Shown here piece after piece: positions 29,330-38,841 of a stretch of DNA of 64,000 nucleotides. The translations under genes and the position numbers were made by a program. This DNA is from a virus. The notes below the pieces were generated by a model. The model searched no databases. It was not told the origin of the DNA and saw only the letters and a program-made list of their open reading frames with translations. The DNA is taken from positions 25,210 through 89,209 of IMG/VR virus record IMGVR_UViG_3300045988_092551, one strand, 5' to 3'. Position 1 is the first letter of the stretch. The number at the start of each line of letters is the position of its first letter.

Positions 29330-30057
29330 TTAGAGTTTATTGTTTAAGTAATCAGCAAGATTTATCTTCTTGCCAACAAGACTTCCTTCTTTCTTCTTTT
29401 TCTCCATCCATCTGTCGTAGAGATCATCCATCTCCTTCTTGGTGTGCTTCTTTGGACCGCCTTCCTTTTTTGTCTTTGGATAGACGACAAGAGGCTGGTC
29501 TGCAACCATGAGGTCAATCTGTGCCGATGAATAGCCCCACCAGTAGTCGTAGGCTGCAATGAAGTACTTGCGCTGAAAGAGGAAACCGAACTTCTCCGCT
29601 AGAGAGAAGGCTGCTCCCCAGCTGGTTCTGCTTGGATAGCTTTTGCTTCGCTCCTCGTCATCGTCATCATCACGTCCGTCATCCCGGTCGCTAATATGGT
29701 AGCCAGTGAGAATGCGTTCGATGGAATTTTTTTTTTAGAAACATCGAGGACTCTCAGAACCTCGGCAACATCCACATCCTTGATGTAGTAGAGCCAGCGC
29801 CAGTAGATCCAATACAGGAATCTAATCTTCCAGATGTTGTTGAGGAGAATGCAGACGCAAATCTTGACGTTGCGTTTCCATTCGTTCTTCTCCTTCGCCC
29901 TGATATGAGAACACCTGCTCATGGTTCCCTTGCGAAGCCAGCCGAGCTTGTGCTTCTTTCCACGGAACACGAACTCGGTAGGCTCGTCGTGCAGTACGCT
30001 GTCGAGTAACTCCTGTAAGTCCACCGAAGGCTGCTCAATTTTCTTTTCTTCTGCCAT
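29330..30057 (-). CDS. tail assembly chaperone -1 frameshift product (GT-like)
   Basis: By hand translation the -1 frame is open from the A10 run to TAA at 29330-29332 (NSIERILTGYH...AEKFGFLFQRKYFIAAYDYWWGY...LADYLNNKL). It ends 19 nt before the tape measure ATG. Confidence 0.55.
29599..30057 (-). CDS. tail assembly chaperone (G-like, zero-frame product)
   Basis: 152 aa between the tail tube and the tape measure. Contains an A10 run. Confidence 0.65.
   Translation of the reverse strand: MAEEKKIEQPSVDLQELLDSVLHDEPTEFVFRGKKHKLGWLRKGTMSRCSHIRAKEKNEWKRNVKICVCILLNNIWKIRFLYWIYWRWLYYIKDVDVAEVLRVLDVSKKKIPSNAFSLATILATGMTDVMMTMTRSEAKAIQAEPAGEQPSL
29727..29736 (-). promoter_or_regulatory. A10 slippery sequence for -1 programmed frameshift
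   Basis: T10 on the + strand, which reads TCT AAA AAA AAA ATT on the coding strand. Confidence 0.55.
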
Positions 30058-30081
30058 GATTGTATGCTATTAAATGAAGAA

Positions 30082-30113
30082 GGGCGGCACGGCTGTTGAT
30101 TAGCCTGCCGCCC
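30082..30113 (-). terminator. hairpin after the major tail gene (attenuator/terminator)
   Basis: GGGCGGCA...TGCCGCCC 8-bp stem between genes 30162 and 30057. Confidence 0.45.
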
Positions 30114-30161
30114 AACGGTTTGTTATCCTGAATCTAATTACCTAAAGAAGCCTTTACTTGA

Positions 30162-30773
30162 TTAACCGCCAATGCCTGGTTCACCAGCAGCTGGAGCCTT
30201 AGTAAGCCAAGCGATACTGCGCTTACCTGCACCCTCGATAGAACCAGAGAACTTGAATGCAACCGGCTCTGTACCTGAGTTGTCCCACTGCAAGGTAGCG
30301 TAGAGAGCGATATTGGTGATAACCATGAGGTTCTCCTTCTCGTCGTCAACGATAACGATAGTGCCCTTGATCTTGAACTTCTTAGGCTCTACAGCGATAC
30401 CTGTAAAGCCGGTAGTAGCGTCGAGAGTAGCGTCACCTGTACCCTTAAGGGTAACCTTGGTCAGCTCGGTGATAGCATCCTCGCCGAACATAATTGTCAG
30501 CAAGTCCTTTGCCTTTGAAGGAACAACGAACTCTACGTTGAAGTCGCCGAGCTCTGCGGTAGTTGCCCAGTCGCCTGCAAGACCGATAACCTTGTAGTGG
30601 TTGATGGTTGGGTCATCCATAGTCGCCTTCAGCGAGTCAACGGTAACCGGAAGTTCAACCTCTGGGGTGATGTCAACTGTAGCCTTGCTCAAATCGGTAA
30701 TAGCCTTTGAGTAGAGTAGAGTTTTAGGACCATTGAAAATGTCCTTCATCTTGTCAATAGTTGTCATAGCCAT
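30162..30773 (-). CDS. major tail (tube) protein
   Basis: 203 aa immediately upstream of the chaperone pair and followed by a hairpin. Composition suggests a beta-rich protein. Confidence 0.55.
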   Translation of the reverse strand: MAMTTIDKMKDIFNGPKTLLYSKAITDLSKATVDITPEVELPVTVDSLKATMDDPTINHYKVIGLAGDWATTAELGDFNVEFVVPSKAKDLLTIMFGEDAITELTKVTLKGTGDATLDATTGFTGIAVEPKKFKIKGTIVIVDDEKENLMVITNIALYATLQWDNSGTEPVAFKFSGSIEGAGKRSIAWLTKAPAAGEPGIGG

Positions 30774-30808
30774 AATCTAAAATATTTTAAATTGTTATAC
30801 CTGAATAC

Positions 30809-31216
30809 TTATCTAGTACGTAACCTTCCCTGTATGATCGTCACGGAAAAACCTGCGCCGTCGTCAGCCTGGATAGCAACGTTCGGTCTAGTAACGATGA
30901 TGTTTTCTGTAGAAATCGGGAATCTTTCGAGGACCGCCTTGACTTTCTTATCCATTTCCGCAGGACTGAAACCATTAGGATTCGCCGAGGAGGCCTTATC
31001 TCTTACATACACCTCTATCTGGATAGTGGTAGTATAGTCGTTGTAGGAGCCATCGTAGTTCATCTCGTTGTTCCTGATAGTGTACGGAGCACTTACGACG
31101 ATGTAGCTACCTATTTTGGTATCCACAGCCTTAGGACGATTCCTGGGGTACACCTTGTCGCATATACCCTTTACGGCGTTTCCTAAGTCGAAATATATCT
31201 GCTTGATATCTACCAT
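30809..31216 (-). CDS. head-tail joining / tail terminator-like protein
   Basis: 135 aa. Call is by position between the capsid and tail tube genes. Confidence 0.4.
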   Translation of the reverse strand: MVDIKQIYFDLGNAVKGICDKVYPRNRPKAVDTKIGSYIVVSAPYTIRNNEMNYDGSYNDYTTTIQIEVYVRDKASSANPNGFSPAEMDKKVKAVLERFPISTENIIVTRPNVAIQADDGAGFSVTIIQGRLRTR

Positions 31217-31219
31217 AGC

Positions 31220-31792
31220 TTACAGTTTGTTAAAAGTTGAACTATTGGCGTACACTACGCAGGCATCGAACATATCCGGAAGAGACTCGTATGTGTTGTA
31301 AACTGTCTCGAAAATGCGGTTCTCCTTGTCGAATACCGCATATTCAACAGGACATATCGCAACGAGTGCCCAGTCTTTCCCGGTAGATTTCACCTTTCCG
31401 ATACGTCCGTAGATAAGGTTAGGACCCCATTGGTGACCACCACCGACTTTACCGGTATAGCCTTTGTTTTCACCTCCGTCGTAGTAGAACGGGAGATTAT
31501 ATTTTTCTCCCTCCGCCAGGGTTACTCGCGTTGGTGCTTTTTCACCTTTTGAGGCACGCACCATGTAAATGAGCTTGCCTTTGTAATACACTGCTGCATA
31601 GAACGAAGTATATGCGTTACCAGTGATATTGTAGAACGTCCTGTTCTCTTTGAAATAGTTGACGGTTCTGTGAGCAAGTTCCTGCATAATCGCAAGCATC
31701 TTGTCATACGCCAGCTTTTCGACCCTTGGCTTAATCTGATGTTCGAACTGCGCTCCAAGAGACAGACGCTTTCCGCTAAAGTATTTTGCCAT
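31220..31792 (-). CDS. head-tail joining protein
   Basis: 190 aa. Call is by position only. Confidence 0.4.
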   Translation of the reverse strand: MAKYFSGKRLSLGAQFEHQIKPRVEKLAYDKMLAIMQELAHRTVNYFKENRTFYNITGNAYTSFYAAVYYKGKLIYMVRASKGEKAPTRVTLAEGEKYNLPFYYDGGENKGYTGKVGGGHQWGPNLIYGRIGKVKSTGKDWALVAICPVEYAVFDKENRIFETVYNTYESLPDMFDACVVYANSSTFNKL

Positions 31793-31795
31793 AAC

Positions 31796-32173
31796 CTAAA
31801 CCCTAGTGAGATTCCAGTAAACGACAGTCCTGTTATTATCCGGTTCGCAGTCCTTGACCATACCTACCTCGGTATTGTTGCCGACAGTGGAGTAGATGGT
31901 GTCGCCGTCAAGAGGACATCTGTCAGCTTCCCATTCGTCATATCTGACCGGAATCGATGCCTTCCTCTTGTTCTGGTCGACATTCTTGTCTCCCTCTGTA
32001 GTAGTATCGGTGTAGCTGCGGCCTTCGCCATAGTAGAGAATGATTTCCTTGTCCTCACCAACTGGAGCATCATCATCGGCAAACGGGTCATCAGGGTCGG
32101 CTTTTCCGACGACCTTCCTCACGATCTTGATGATGTGAGGGTATCTTGGGTTTCTGATGTTTTCCTTTTCCAT
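31796..32173 (-). CDS. head-tail joining protein
   Basis: 125 aa. Call is by position only. Confidence 0.4.
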   Translation of the reverse strand: MEKENIRNPRYPHIIKIVRKVVGKADPDDPFADDDAPVGEDKEIILYYGEGRSYTDTTTEGDKNVDQNKRKASIPVRYDEWEADRCPLDGDTIYSTVGNNTEVGMVKDCEPDNNRTVVYWNLTRV

Positions 32174-32178
32174 ACGCC

Positions 32179-32613
32179 TTATTTGATGATGTGAGGGAGA
32201 GGTTCTCCCCAGGGAGAATAATTCGCCCTCTTTACTCCGTGGGAGGTCACCCGGAAGGTGGACTTCTTCTTGAGCATCGAATCAGGCTCCAGCTCCGCAT
32301 ATATAGCGTTAGCCTCTGCCTTCATCTCGCTCCTGTCGTTGTCCGACATATCATATCCACCTCCCGAATGAGTCCATCCGTTATCGGAATCGGAGGTGTT
32401 GTTCACCTTACTCGGACCAAGAACAAACCATTTCAGCATGTCGGCATAGGCAAGTCTTACCTTGTCCTTGTCGCAGGCTTCGAGGTCGATGCCATTTTCA
32501 AGCTCCCTGTCGTGCATGATGCCCAACAGAGCCTTCATCGGCATCTCGAACTTCACCTTATTAATAAGGTAGTCGTTCACAGTGTAAATGTTCATCTCCG
32601 AATCCATAGTCAT
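32179..32613 (-). CDS. head-tail connector/adaptor protein
   Basis: 144 aa directly after the capsid gene. Confidence 0.4.
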   Translation of the reverse strand: MTMDSEMNIYTVNDYLINKVKFEMPMKALLGIMHDRELENGIDLEACDKDKVRLAYADMLKWFVLGPSKVNNTSDSDNGWTHSGGGYDMSDNDRSEMKAEANAIYAELEPDSMLKKKSTFRVTSHGVKRANYSPWGEPLPHIIK

Positions 32614-32635
32614 ACAATCTTGTTACGTTAAAGAA

Positions 32636-33817
32636 TTAACCCTTCTTGGTAATGTCGATAATCCAACGGTAAGGAGAATCGAGCATGGCAGGAACAGAAG
32701 CGAGGAACAAGTCTGTCTTGAACTCCTGGAACATACCGTTCGCTGTGACCATGTTACGAAGCAAACCGAGGCGGTTGTTGGTCTGTGCCCAAGCAACATC
32801 CACGAGCTTGTTACCGAGAGTGTCGAAAATTCGCTTATCGAGAATTTCCTTGCGCATGAAACGCAAAGGCTTGCCAGCAGGGCGAAGAACGACTGTTCCG
32901 TCTGCCCAACCACGAATCTCTGTAACTGTGCCATCGAAGCGCTTGTTGTGCTCAACCTCATCGACAATCTCGATAGGAGAAAGACCGTTGAGGTCAACAA
33001 CAGACTTCAAGAACATTGCGTTGTTTGGACCGTAGTTCTGCAAAACTGCCACAAAGTTAGCGTTCGCCCAGCTCTTGTACAACTCAGCAATCTGCTTGTT
33101 CTTCAAGAATACGTTATTGTAGTCGTTCTTAGTCATCTGCCATACGAGAGGTACACTGCGGTACTCGATGTTCTCCTTGCGCCAATCCTCCTCAAACTTG
33201 CGCATCTGCTCAAGCAAGTCGCAGTTTGGATCGTTCCAGGCAAGTGTACCCGCCTTTTTGAAGTTCTTCTTTGGAACCTTTGCGTCATACAGAGGCTCCT
33301 GGATACCACGACCAATCTTGTCGTAGTCGATGAAACCGGTCGAACTCAACTGGGCTGACATGTAGGTCATAGTCATGTCGAGTGAGTCGTACAATACCTG
33401 TACCTTGTCGAGGTAAGCATCAACCAGGTCAGCGTCGTTGCCGAACTCATCCTGGAGAAGCTTCATCTTGTGGTAACGCTCTGTCGCAGTCTCACGGAAG
33501 CCGTCAGCAGCGAAGTCTGGAATTGAAGCGGTGTACCACTCAATACCCTCATGGTCGTTCTGATAGCCCTCGCCGAGAGGAGCACGGAGGTTCATCAAGG
33601 TTGCAGGGTTCAATGTACGTGTGCGAACCTTGAAGGTTGCATCACCATTGTTAGATGTAGGGGTGAGATTTGGATCAATGTCACCCTGTGTCAGATACCA
33701 GCCGTTGTTACAGCGAAGTACGCCGTCACGATTGACGAACTTCTGAAGGTAAGTGTTGTTACCCTTACCAGTGAAGAACTTCGCAAGCTGCTCGACACCA
33801 ATATCAATTTTTGCCAT
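32636..33817 (-). CDS. major capsid protein (lambda E-like by size and position)
   Basis: 393 aa, downstream of the scaffold and a smaller capsid-associated gene. The long antisense ORFs here are shadow ORFs. Confidence 0.65.
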   Translation of the reverse strand: MAKIDIGVEQLAKFFTGKGNNTYLQKFVNRDGVLRCNNGWYLTQGDIDPNLTPTSNNGDATFKVRTRTLNPATLMNLRAPLGEGYQNDHEGIEWYTASIPDFAADGFRETATERYHKMKLLQDEFGNDADLVDAYLDKVQVLYDSLDMTMTYMSAQLSSTGFIDYDKIGRGIQEPLYDAKVPKKNFKKAGTLAWNDPNCDLLEQMRKFEEDWRKENIEYRSVPLVWQMTKNDYNNVFLKNKQIAELYKSWANANFVAVLQNYGPNNAMFLKSVVDLNGLSPIEIVDEVEHNKRFDGTVTEIRGWADGTVVLRPAGKPLRFMRKEILDKRIFDTLGNKLVDVAWAQTNNRLGLLRNMVTANGMFQEFKTDLFLASVPAMLDSPYRWIIDITKKG

Positions 33818-33852
33818 AATCCTGAATCAATCTTTTTACGTTATACAATAGG

Positions 33853-34626
33853 TTAAATATGCCAGAACTCTGGGTAGAGTGACTTGTTCATCGCCTTGAC
33901 AGCAGGAGGAACAGGACCCATACGGTCAAGCCACATAACGCAGTCTGGATTCAACATACAGAAGTTGATGTTTGTACGAGGCTTGTGGTACTTGTCGCCG
34001 CCGGCATCGAAATAAGGGAAGTCGTTGTCGCTCGGAGCAAAGCAGTTAGGGTTGGTAACCATAGGCAATACGGATTCGCCTGCACTTGCAGCCTCAACCA
34101 ATACGTCACCTACCTTCAATGCGCCGAGAGCAGCAGAAAGAGTAACCTTCCAAACATCACCTGCGGTGTCGTCAGTCGTAGCCTCAACGGCAGAGACAGT
34201 CACGCCCTTTGCTTTTGTCTTAAAGTCCTTCTGACCGACCATGATGGTGTCGCCAGGGAACGGGATGTGAACAAAGCCGTTACGAACGATGTAGATGTCT
34301 GTGTCTGTAGCCGCAGCGGTAGCCTTTGCCACGCCGTAAGCCTTCAGAATCTTGATGGTAGCACCAGGACCATCGTTGCCTGCTGTAAAGCCAAGGTCGT
34401 GCTCGATCAAGTCACCGGCATAAATCTTAGCCTGGCCCTTGAATGGGTTGACAAGCTTACCACCAATAGGTGGGTGAACGAAGGCATTCTTGATGAGTGC
34501 CTCAAGGCCAGCAAACACGTATCGGGTTCCACCGACCTTACCTTCTGTCTGAACAATGGTTGCGCCGTGGTTCAGCATACCACGAGTACCCATCTGTTCC
34601 ATGTAGGAAATAGAAGTGTTGTCCAT
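33853..34626 (-). CDS. capsid decoration / auxiliary head protein
   Basis: 257 aa between the scaffold and the capsid gene, as gpD sits before gpE in lambda. Confidence 0.35.
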   Translation of the reverse strand: MDNTSISYMEQMGTRGMLNHGATIVQTEGKVGGTRYVFAGLEALIKNAFVHPPIGGKLVNPFKGQAKIYAGDLIEHDLGFTAGNDGPGATIKILKAYGVAKATAAATDTDIYIVRNGFVHIPFPGDTIMVGQKDFKTKAKGVTVSAVEATTDDTAGDVWKVTLSAALGALKVGDVLVEAASAGESVLPMVTNPNCFAPSDNDFPYFDAGGDKYHKPRTNINFCMLNPDCVMWLDRMGPVPPAVKAMNKSLYPEFWHI

Positions 34627-34661
34627 AATCTTTTTACCTTTTTAAAATTGTTATCCTGAAA

Positions 34662-35357
34662 TTACTTCTTGTCTCCACCGCCGAATCTCTTCTTTCGACG
34701 CTCGGCCACTTCTTCCATAAACTTGTCATCATCTGTGGACGTGCCTCCGCTAGACGTGCGACTGCCTTTTGCAGGAATACCGTTTTCACCGGTAGCCTCC
34801 TTGTACTCTGCGGTGTAGATATTCTCAGCCTTAGAAACCAGGTCGTCGATGTTGGCATCTTCGTCCGGAATCTCCAGCTTTGCGATTGCAGCATTGAGGA
34901 AGTAGTTCTTCATTTCAAGGTTTGCCTTGTCGAACTTATCCTTCAAACCTGCCTTTACAGACTCGATGGTCGCCTTCCTTGCAGCCTTCTTGTCTCTTTC
35001 TGCGTTAGCTTCCTTGAGGGCTTTGATTTCTTTGAGAAGCTCGTTGTATTTGTCGGCAGGATCGCCATTCTTGGCGGCCTCCTTACGCTTGCGCTCCTCT
35101 TCCTCTTCCTTCTTCTTGCGTTCAGCCTCCTCCTTGCTCTTCTTTACCTCGTCAGAGATATTCTTGCGCAAGTTGCCGTTGATACGCTTCAGACGGTTTG
35201 CTAACTTGGTAACCAACTTGGAATTTGCTTCCTCGTCATCACCGAAATCTTCCAAAACATCATCAAGTTCCTCATCGATGGTCTTTTGGCTAAGTTCTTT
35301 GAACTTGGTGGTATCAACCTCCTTGTTCACTAATGCTAAGAGTTCCTCTCTTGTCAT
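34662..35357 (-). CDS. scaffolding protein
   Basis: 231 aa, very acidic and basic, helical (KKKEEEEERKRKE). First gene of the head operon. Confidence 0.6.
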   Translation of the reverse strand: MTREELLALVNKEVDTTKFKELSQKTIDEELDDVLEDFGDDEEANSKLVTKLANRLKRINGNLRKNISDEVKKSKEEAERKKKEEEEERKRKEAAKNGDPADKYNELLKEIKALKEANAERDKKAARKATIESVKAGLKDKFDKANLEMKNYFLNAAIAKLEIPDEDANIDDLVSKAENIYTAEYKEATGENGIPAKGSRTSSGGTSTDDDKFMEEVAERRKKRFGGGDKK

Positions 35358-35411
35358 GTTGTTTTTTGATTAAAAATGTTATCCCGAAAGTGGTCCCTCC
35401 ACCTCGAAAAC

Positions 35412-35423
35412 GTATAAATATAC
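35412..35423 (+). promoter_or_regulatory. GTATAAATATAC 12-mer (copy 2 of 4)
   Basis: Exact 12-mer next to the head operon promoter. The flank TTGCAAATATA(Y)GAA...AAATATGCAA is shared with 22903-22940. Confidence 0.5.
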
Positions 35424-35434
35424 CTTTTATTTTG

Positions 35435-35442
35435 CAAATATA
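35435..35442 (-). promoter_or_regulatory. -7 box TATATTTG for the head/tail operon
   Basis: + strand reads CAAATATA, about 78 nt upstream of ATG 35357. Confidence 0.5.
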
Positions 35443-35476
35443 TGAATAAATATGCAATTATCAAAGAAAAATTGTA

Positions 35477-35484
35477 TATTTTTG
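35477..35484 (+). promoter_or_regulatory. -7 box TATTTTTG for the packaging operon
   Basis: Matches TAnnTTTG, 20 nt upstream of the TerL ATG. Confidence 0.5.
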
Positions 35485-35503
35485 CAGTATTAAATGTATA
35501 TTT

Positions 35504-37147
35504 ATGCAGAAAGATGTATTTTCAGGATTAAAATTGGATAACGGAGAGCCTATTTACACTCAAGAGTATATCCAATCATTAAGAGACGCCGACAAGAAGC
35601 ATCCCGACAAGCTGAAGATTATAGCTCAGCGTGGCGGTCAGGAACGCATGCTGTCTATAGACGCTGATATTAAGATAGTTGGCGGTTCGCGAGGCGGCTC
35701 AAAATCGTTCTCTTCCCTAATGGAAGTTCTGAAGGATATTAAAAATCCAGATTTTCATGCAACAATTCTTCGTAACGAAAAAGACGACTTACAGTCCTTA
35801 GTGACAGACTCTTATAAATTGTTCTCCCAATTTGGAACTTACAATAAGTCACAAAATGATATGACCTGGAACTTCGATAACGGAGGATGGCTCAAATTCT
35901 CGTACTATGCTGGAGCCTATCAGGACTTCAAGACACGATTCCAGGGTCGCCAGTATGCCTATGTCTGCATCGATGAGGGTACTCAGTGTCCATACAAGAA
36001 GTTCAAGTATCTCTTGACCAACAACCGAAATGCAGCGCATATCCGAAACCGCTTCTGGATTACCTGTAACCCGGACCCGGAATCTTGGGTGAGAAAGTTT
36101 ATCGACTGGTGGGTTGACGAGAACGGATACATCATACCGGAACGTGACGGAGTTATACGATACTGCTTCATGGACGGCGATACGCCTGACTCAATATACT
36201 GGGGTAACACGAGAGAAGAGGTGTACGAGCTGTGCAAGGGCATCATCGATAGCCTCTGGAAGGACAGCTACGAGGAACTTGGATACACAAAGCTCGAAAT
36301 GTTCATCAAGTCGGCAACATTCATCCGTGCAGATGTATCTGAGAACATCAAGCTTATCTCTACAGATGCGTCATATCTCGCCAACCTTGCCCAGCAGGAC
36401 GAGGAACAGCGCATGCGAGACCTGGAAGCTAACTGGAACTGGAAAGCTGCCGGAGATGACATGATCAAGATGGAAGACCTTGATGAAATCTACGACAACT
36501 CAGAACAAACAGGAGACGGAAAGCGCAGAGCTTCTGCCGATATCGCATTCACCGGCGGCGATAACTTCGTGATGTGGCTCTGGGAAGGATGGCACTGCAA
36601 AGACTTGGTTGTTCTGAGGCTGGACCCAAAGACTCTTGTTTCGGTAGTTGAGGCTAAGCTGAGAGAGTGGGGTGTAGAAGAATGCAACTTCACTTACGAT
36701 ATGCAGGGTATCGGTCAGTACTTCAAGGGATTTTTCAAGGATGCCGTCCCATTCAACAACCAGGCAGCACCTATCGCTCAGAGCCATCAGGAAGAGGAAG
36801 GAATCAAATACCTTTACAAGGACTTGAAATCCCAGTGTGCATTCCTGTTCTATAAGATGATAAAAGAGAAGCAGATTTCCATCGACTCAGCCCTGCTTGA
36901 AAGAAAGTATTCCGGAAACGGATTCGACAAGGTTCCTCTCAGACAGATTCTTCAGAAGGAGCGTAAGATGCTCAGACGTGACGAGAATAGCGATGATAGG
37001 GGATTCAAGCTATTACCTAAGAAGATTGCCAAGAAATATGTCGGGCACTCGCCTGACTTCTTTGAATCTTGGTTCTATGTAATGATATTCAGTTTAACAA
37101 AAAAGAAAAATAAAAAGGTAAAAGGATTATGGATGCTATCAAGGTAA
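35504..37147 (+). CDS. terL: terminase large subunit
   Basis: 547 aa. Walker A-like VGGSRGGSKS and Walker B YVCIDEGTQ. Followed by the portal gene with a 19-nt overlap. Confidence 0.85.
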   Translation: MQKDVFSGLKLDNGEPIYTQEYIQSLRDADKKHPDKLKIIAQRGGQERMLSIDADIKIVGGSRGGSKSFSSLMEVLKDIKNPDFHATILRNEKDDLQSLVTDSYKLFSQFGTYNKSQNDMTWNFDNGGWLKFSYYAGAYQDFKTRFQGRQYAYVCIDEGTQCPYKKFKYLLTNNRNAAHIRNRFWITCNPDPESWVRKFIDWWVDENGYIIPERDGVIRYCFMDGDTPDSIYWGNTREEVYELCKGIIDSLWKDSYEELGYTKLEMFIKSATFIRADVSENIKLISTDASYLANLAQQDEEQRMRDLEANWNWKAAGDDMIKMEDLDEIYDNSEQTGDGKRRASADIAFTGGDNFVMWLWEGWHCKDLVVLRLDPKTLVSVVEAKLREWGVEECNFTYDMQGIGQYFKGFFKDAVPFNNQAAPIAQSHQEEEGIKYLYKDLKSQCAFLFYKMIKEKQISIDSALLERKYSGNGFDKVPLRQILQKERKMLRRDENSDDRGFKLLPKKIAKKYVGHSPDFFESWFYVMIFSLTKKKNKKVKGLWMLSR

Positions 37148-38835
37148 CAAATTTCAGAAAGATTCTGGTAAAGAAGCCTTTCTTTGAACTCACGCCAAAG
37201 GGGTACATGAACCACGATGGCTATTGCGGGAACGAGGTGTCCGATAATGAAGACCCTCAGATGCCGCAAGATACATTGTACAGAGTGATTAAGACTCAGA
37301 AGGACTTCCTTCGTGAGTTCTATCCTACGTCCCACAAAATCTTCGACAAGGTTCTCTACCCTGACATCTGGAGAAAGAACCCGGAAGACGGGAAATGGTA
37401 TGTCCAGGAGATTCAAAGAACGGCATTTGCTTTTCAGCAGGTTATTCATACGAAGCACGTTCTCCACATGACAGGTAACGATATTCAGTTTGAGCTTGCC
37501 GGTGATCCTGAGATGAAGAAACAGGAAGAGTATATTAATCTCCTTGCCAAGTTCAAGAAGGGATGGTATATGCACGATATGGAGATTCGTCACTATGAGG
37601 CTGTAAGTTCGTACATGAAGGTTGCTGAGGCTGCTGTAGTCGGATTCTTCGATAAAAACAAGAAATTCGGTACTCGCACATTGGCTTTCGATAGAGGAGA
37701 CACATTGTATCCTCAGTTCGACCCTCTTACTGGTGAACTCGTTGTGTTTGCTCGCAAGTATTACGACTTCGACGAGGAAGGTAATGAAAAGATTGAATGG
37801 GTAGAGGTGTGGGATGACAAGACATTCTACCGCTTCAAGAAGCAAGTTAACGAAGGCAGGGTCAAGGAGACTATCAAGAGAATTGCCAAGATATTCGGAA
37901 TCGACGACTACACTTGCGTTGAAGAGAAAGCTCACGGCTTCCCATTTCTCCCTGTTGCATACGTAAGAAACGATGACGGACCATGCTGGTCTGTTGTACA
38001 GAAGAACATCGAGGACTACGAGGAAGCTTTCTCTTATCTCTGCGAGAACAACAAGGCTTACGCCTTCCCTATAATGAAGTTGAAGGGCGATGGTGACGAC
38101 ATTACCGTTGTTGGAGATACAGACGGAGCGGCTAAGATGATTCAGATTACCGATACGAATGGTGATGCTGACTTCATTAACGGAACAGACGCTTCCAATG
38201 CATTTGCGACACAGCTCAACAAGTCGTATGACCTCATCTATGAGCTTTCGTTCACAGTGAAGCCGCCGGAGCTTAAGTCGGGTGACCTTCCGGGCGTTGC
38301 CATTAAGCTGCTCTATTCTCCTGCCATCGAGGTTGCAGAGAACGATGCTAAGAAGATGCATCCGTTCCTGGATCAACTTGTTCGTATCTCAAAGTATGGT
38401 ATCGGAGTTGAAGAAAACTGCATGGCCACTATGACCGGTCTTCCTATTCACGCTTGGGTGGAAATCTATGTGCATCAGAATAAATCTGAAATAATTACGA
38501 ACTTAGCGACAGCTGTTCAGAACAACTTCCTCTCAAAGCAGACTGCATCTGAGCGTTGTCCAGACTTCCCAGTTAACGATGAATACGACCGCATTATGCG
38601 AGAGAAGAAGGAGGAAGACCAGCAGGACCTCCTCATGGATATGCAACGTGCGGATAACGAAACTCAAAATGCAATCGAGGAGCAGAAAGCTACTTTGAAT
38701 ATTCAGAATGGAGGTAGTGGAAACGTACGTACGGGTCGCGGAGCTGGACGCCCAAATAAGTCAGGAACCAAATGGGACGAGAATCGGAACGCCCCGAATG
38801 AGAACAACTGGCAGCACTACAACCAAACCCATTAA
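37129..38835 (+). CDS. portal protein
   Basis: 568 aa directly after TerL, with an acidic C-terminal tail. The 433-aa antisense ORF is rejected. Confidence 0.7.
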   Translation: MDAIKVTNFRKILVKKPFFELTPKGYMNHDGYCGNEVSDNEDPQMPQDTLYRVIKTQKDFLREFYPTSHKIFDKVLYPDIWRKNPEDGKWYVQEIQRTAFAFQQVIHTKHVLHMTGNDIQFELAGDPEMKKQEEYINLLAKFKKGWYMHDMEIRHYEAVSSYMKVAEAAVVGFFDKNKKFGTRTLAFDRGDTLYPQFDPLTGELVVFARKYYDFDEEGNEKIEWVEVWDDKTFYRFKKQVNEGRVKETIKRIAKIFGIDDYTCVEEKAHGFPFLPVAYVRNDDGPCWSVVQKNIEDYEEAFSYLCENNKAYAFPIMKLKGDGDDITVVGDTDGAAKMIQITDTNGDADFINGTDASNAFATQLNKSYDLIYELSFTVKPPELKSGDLPGVAIKLLYSPAIEVAENDAKKMHPFLDQLVRISKYGIGVEENCMATMTGLPIHAWVEIYVHQNKSEIITNLATAVQNNFLSKQTASERCPDFPVNDEYDRIMREKKEEDQQDLLMDMQRADNETQNAIEEQKATLNIQNGGSGNVRTGRGAGRPNKSGTKWDENRNAPNENNWQHYNQTH

Positions 38836-38841
38836 TAGCCT

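Noticed and set aside
29362-29559. 65-aa Arg/Lys-rich ORF between the chaperone and the tape measure
   Set aside because: It is in the wrong frame. The -1 frame relative to the chaperone gives a continuous, protein-like extension from the A10 slippery run.
37075-38376. 433-aa ORF antisense to the portal gene
   Set aside because: It lies entirely within and opposite a well-supported portal ORF. It has leucine/isoleucine-rich, low-complexity composition and no promoter or start context, so it is a shadow ORF.
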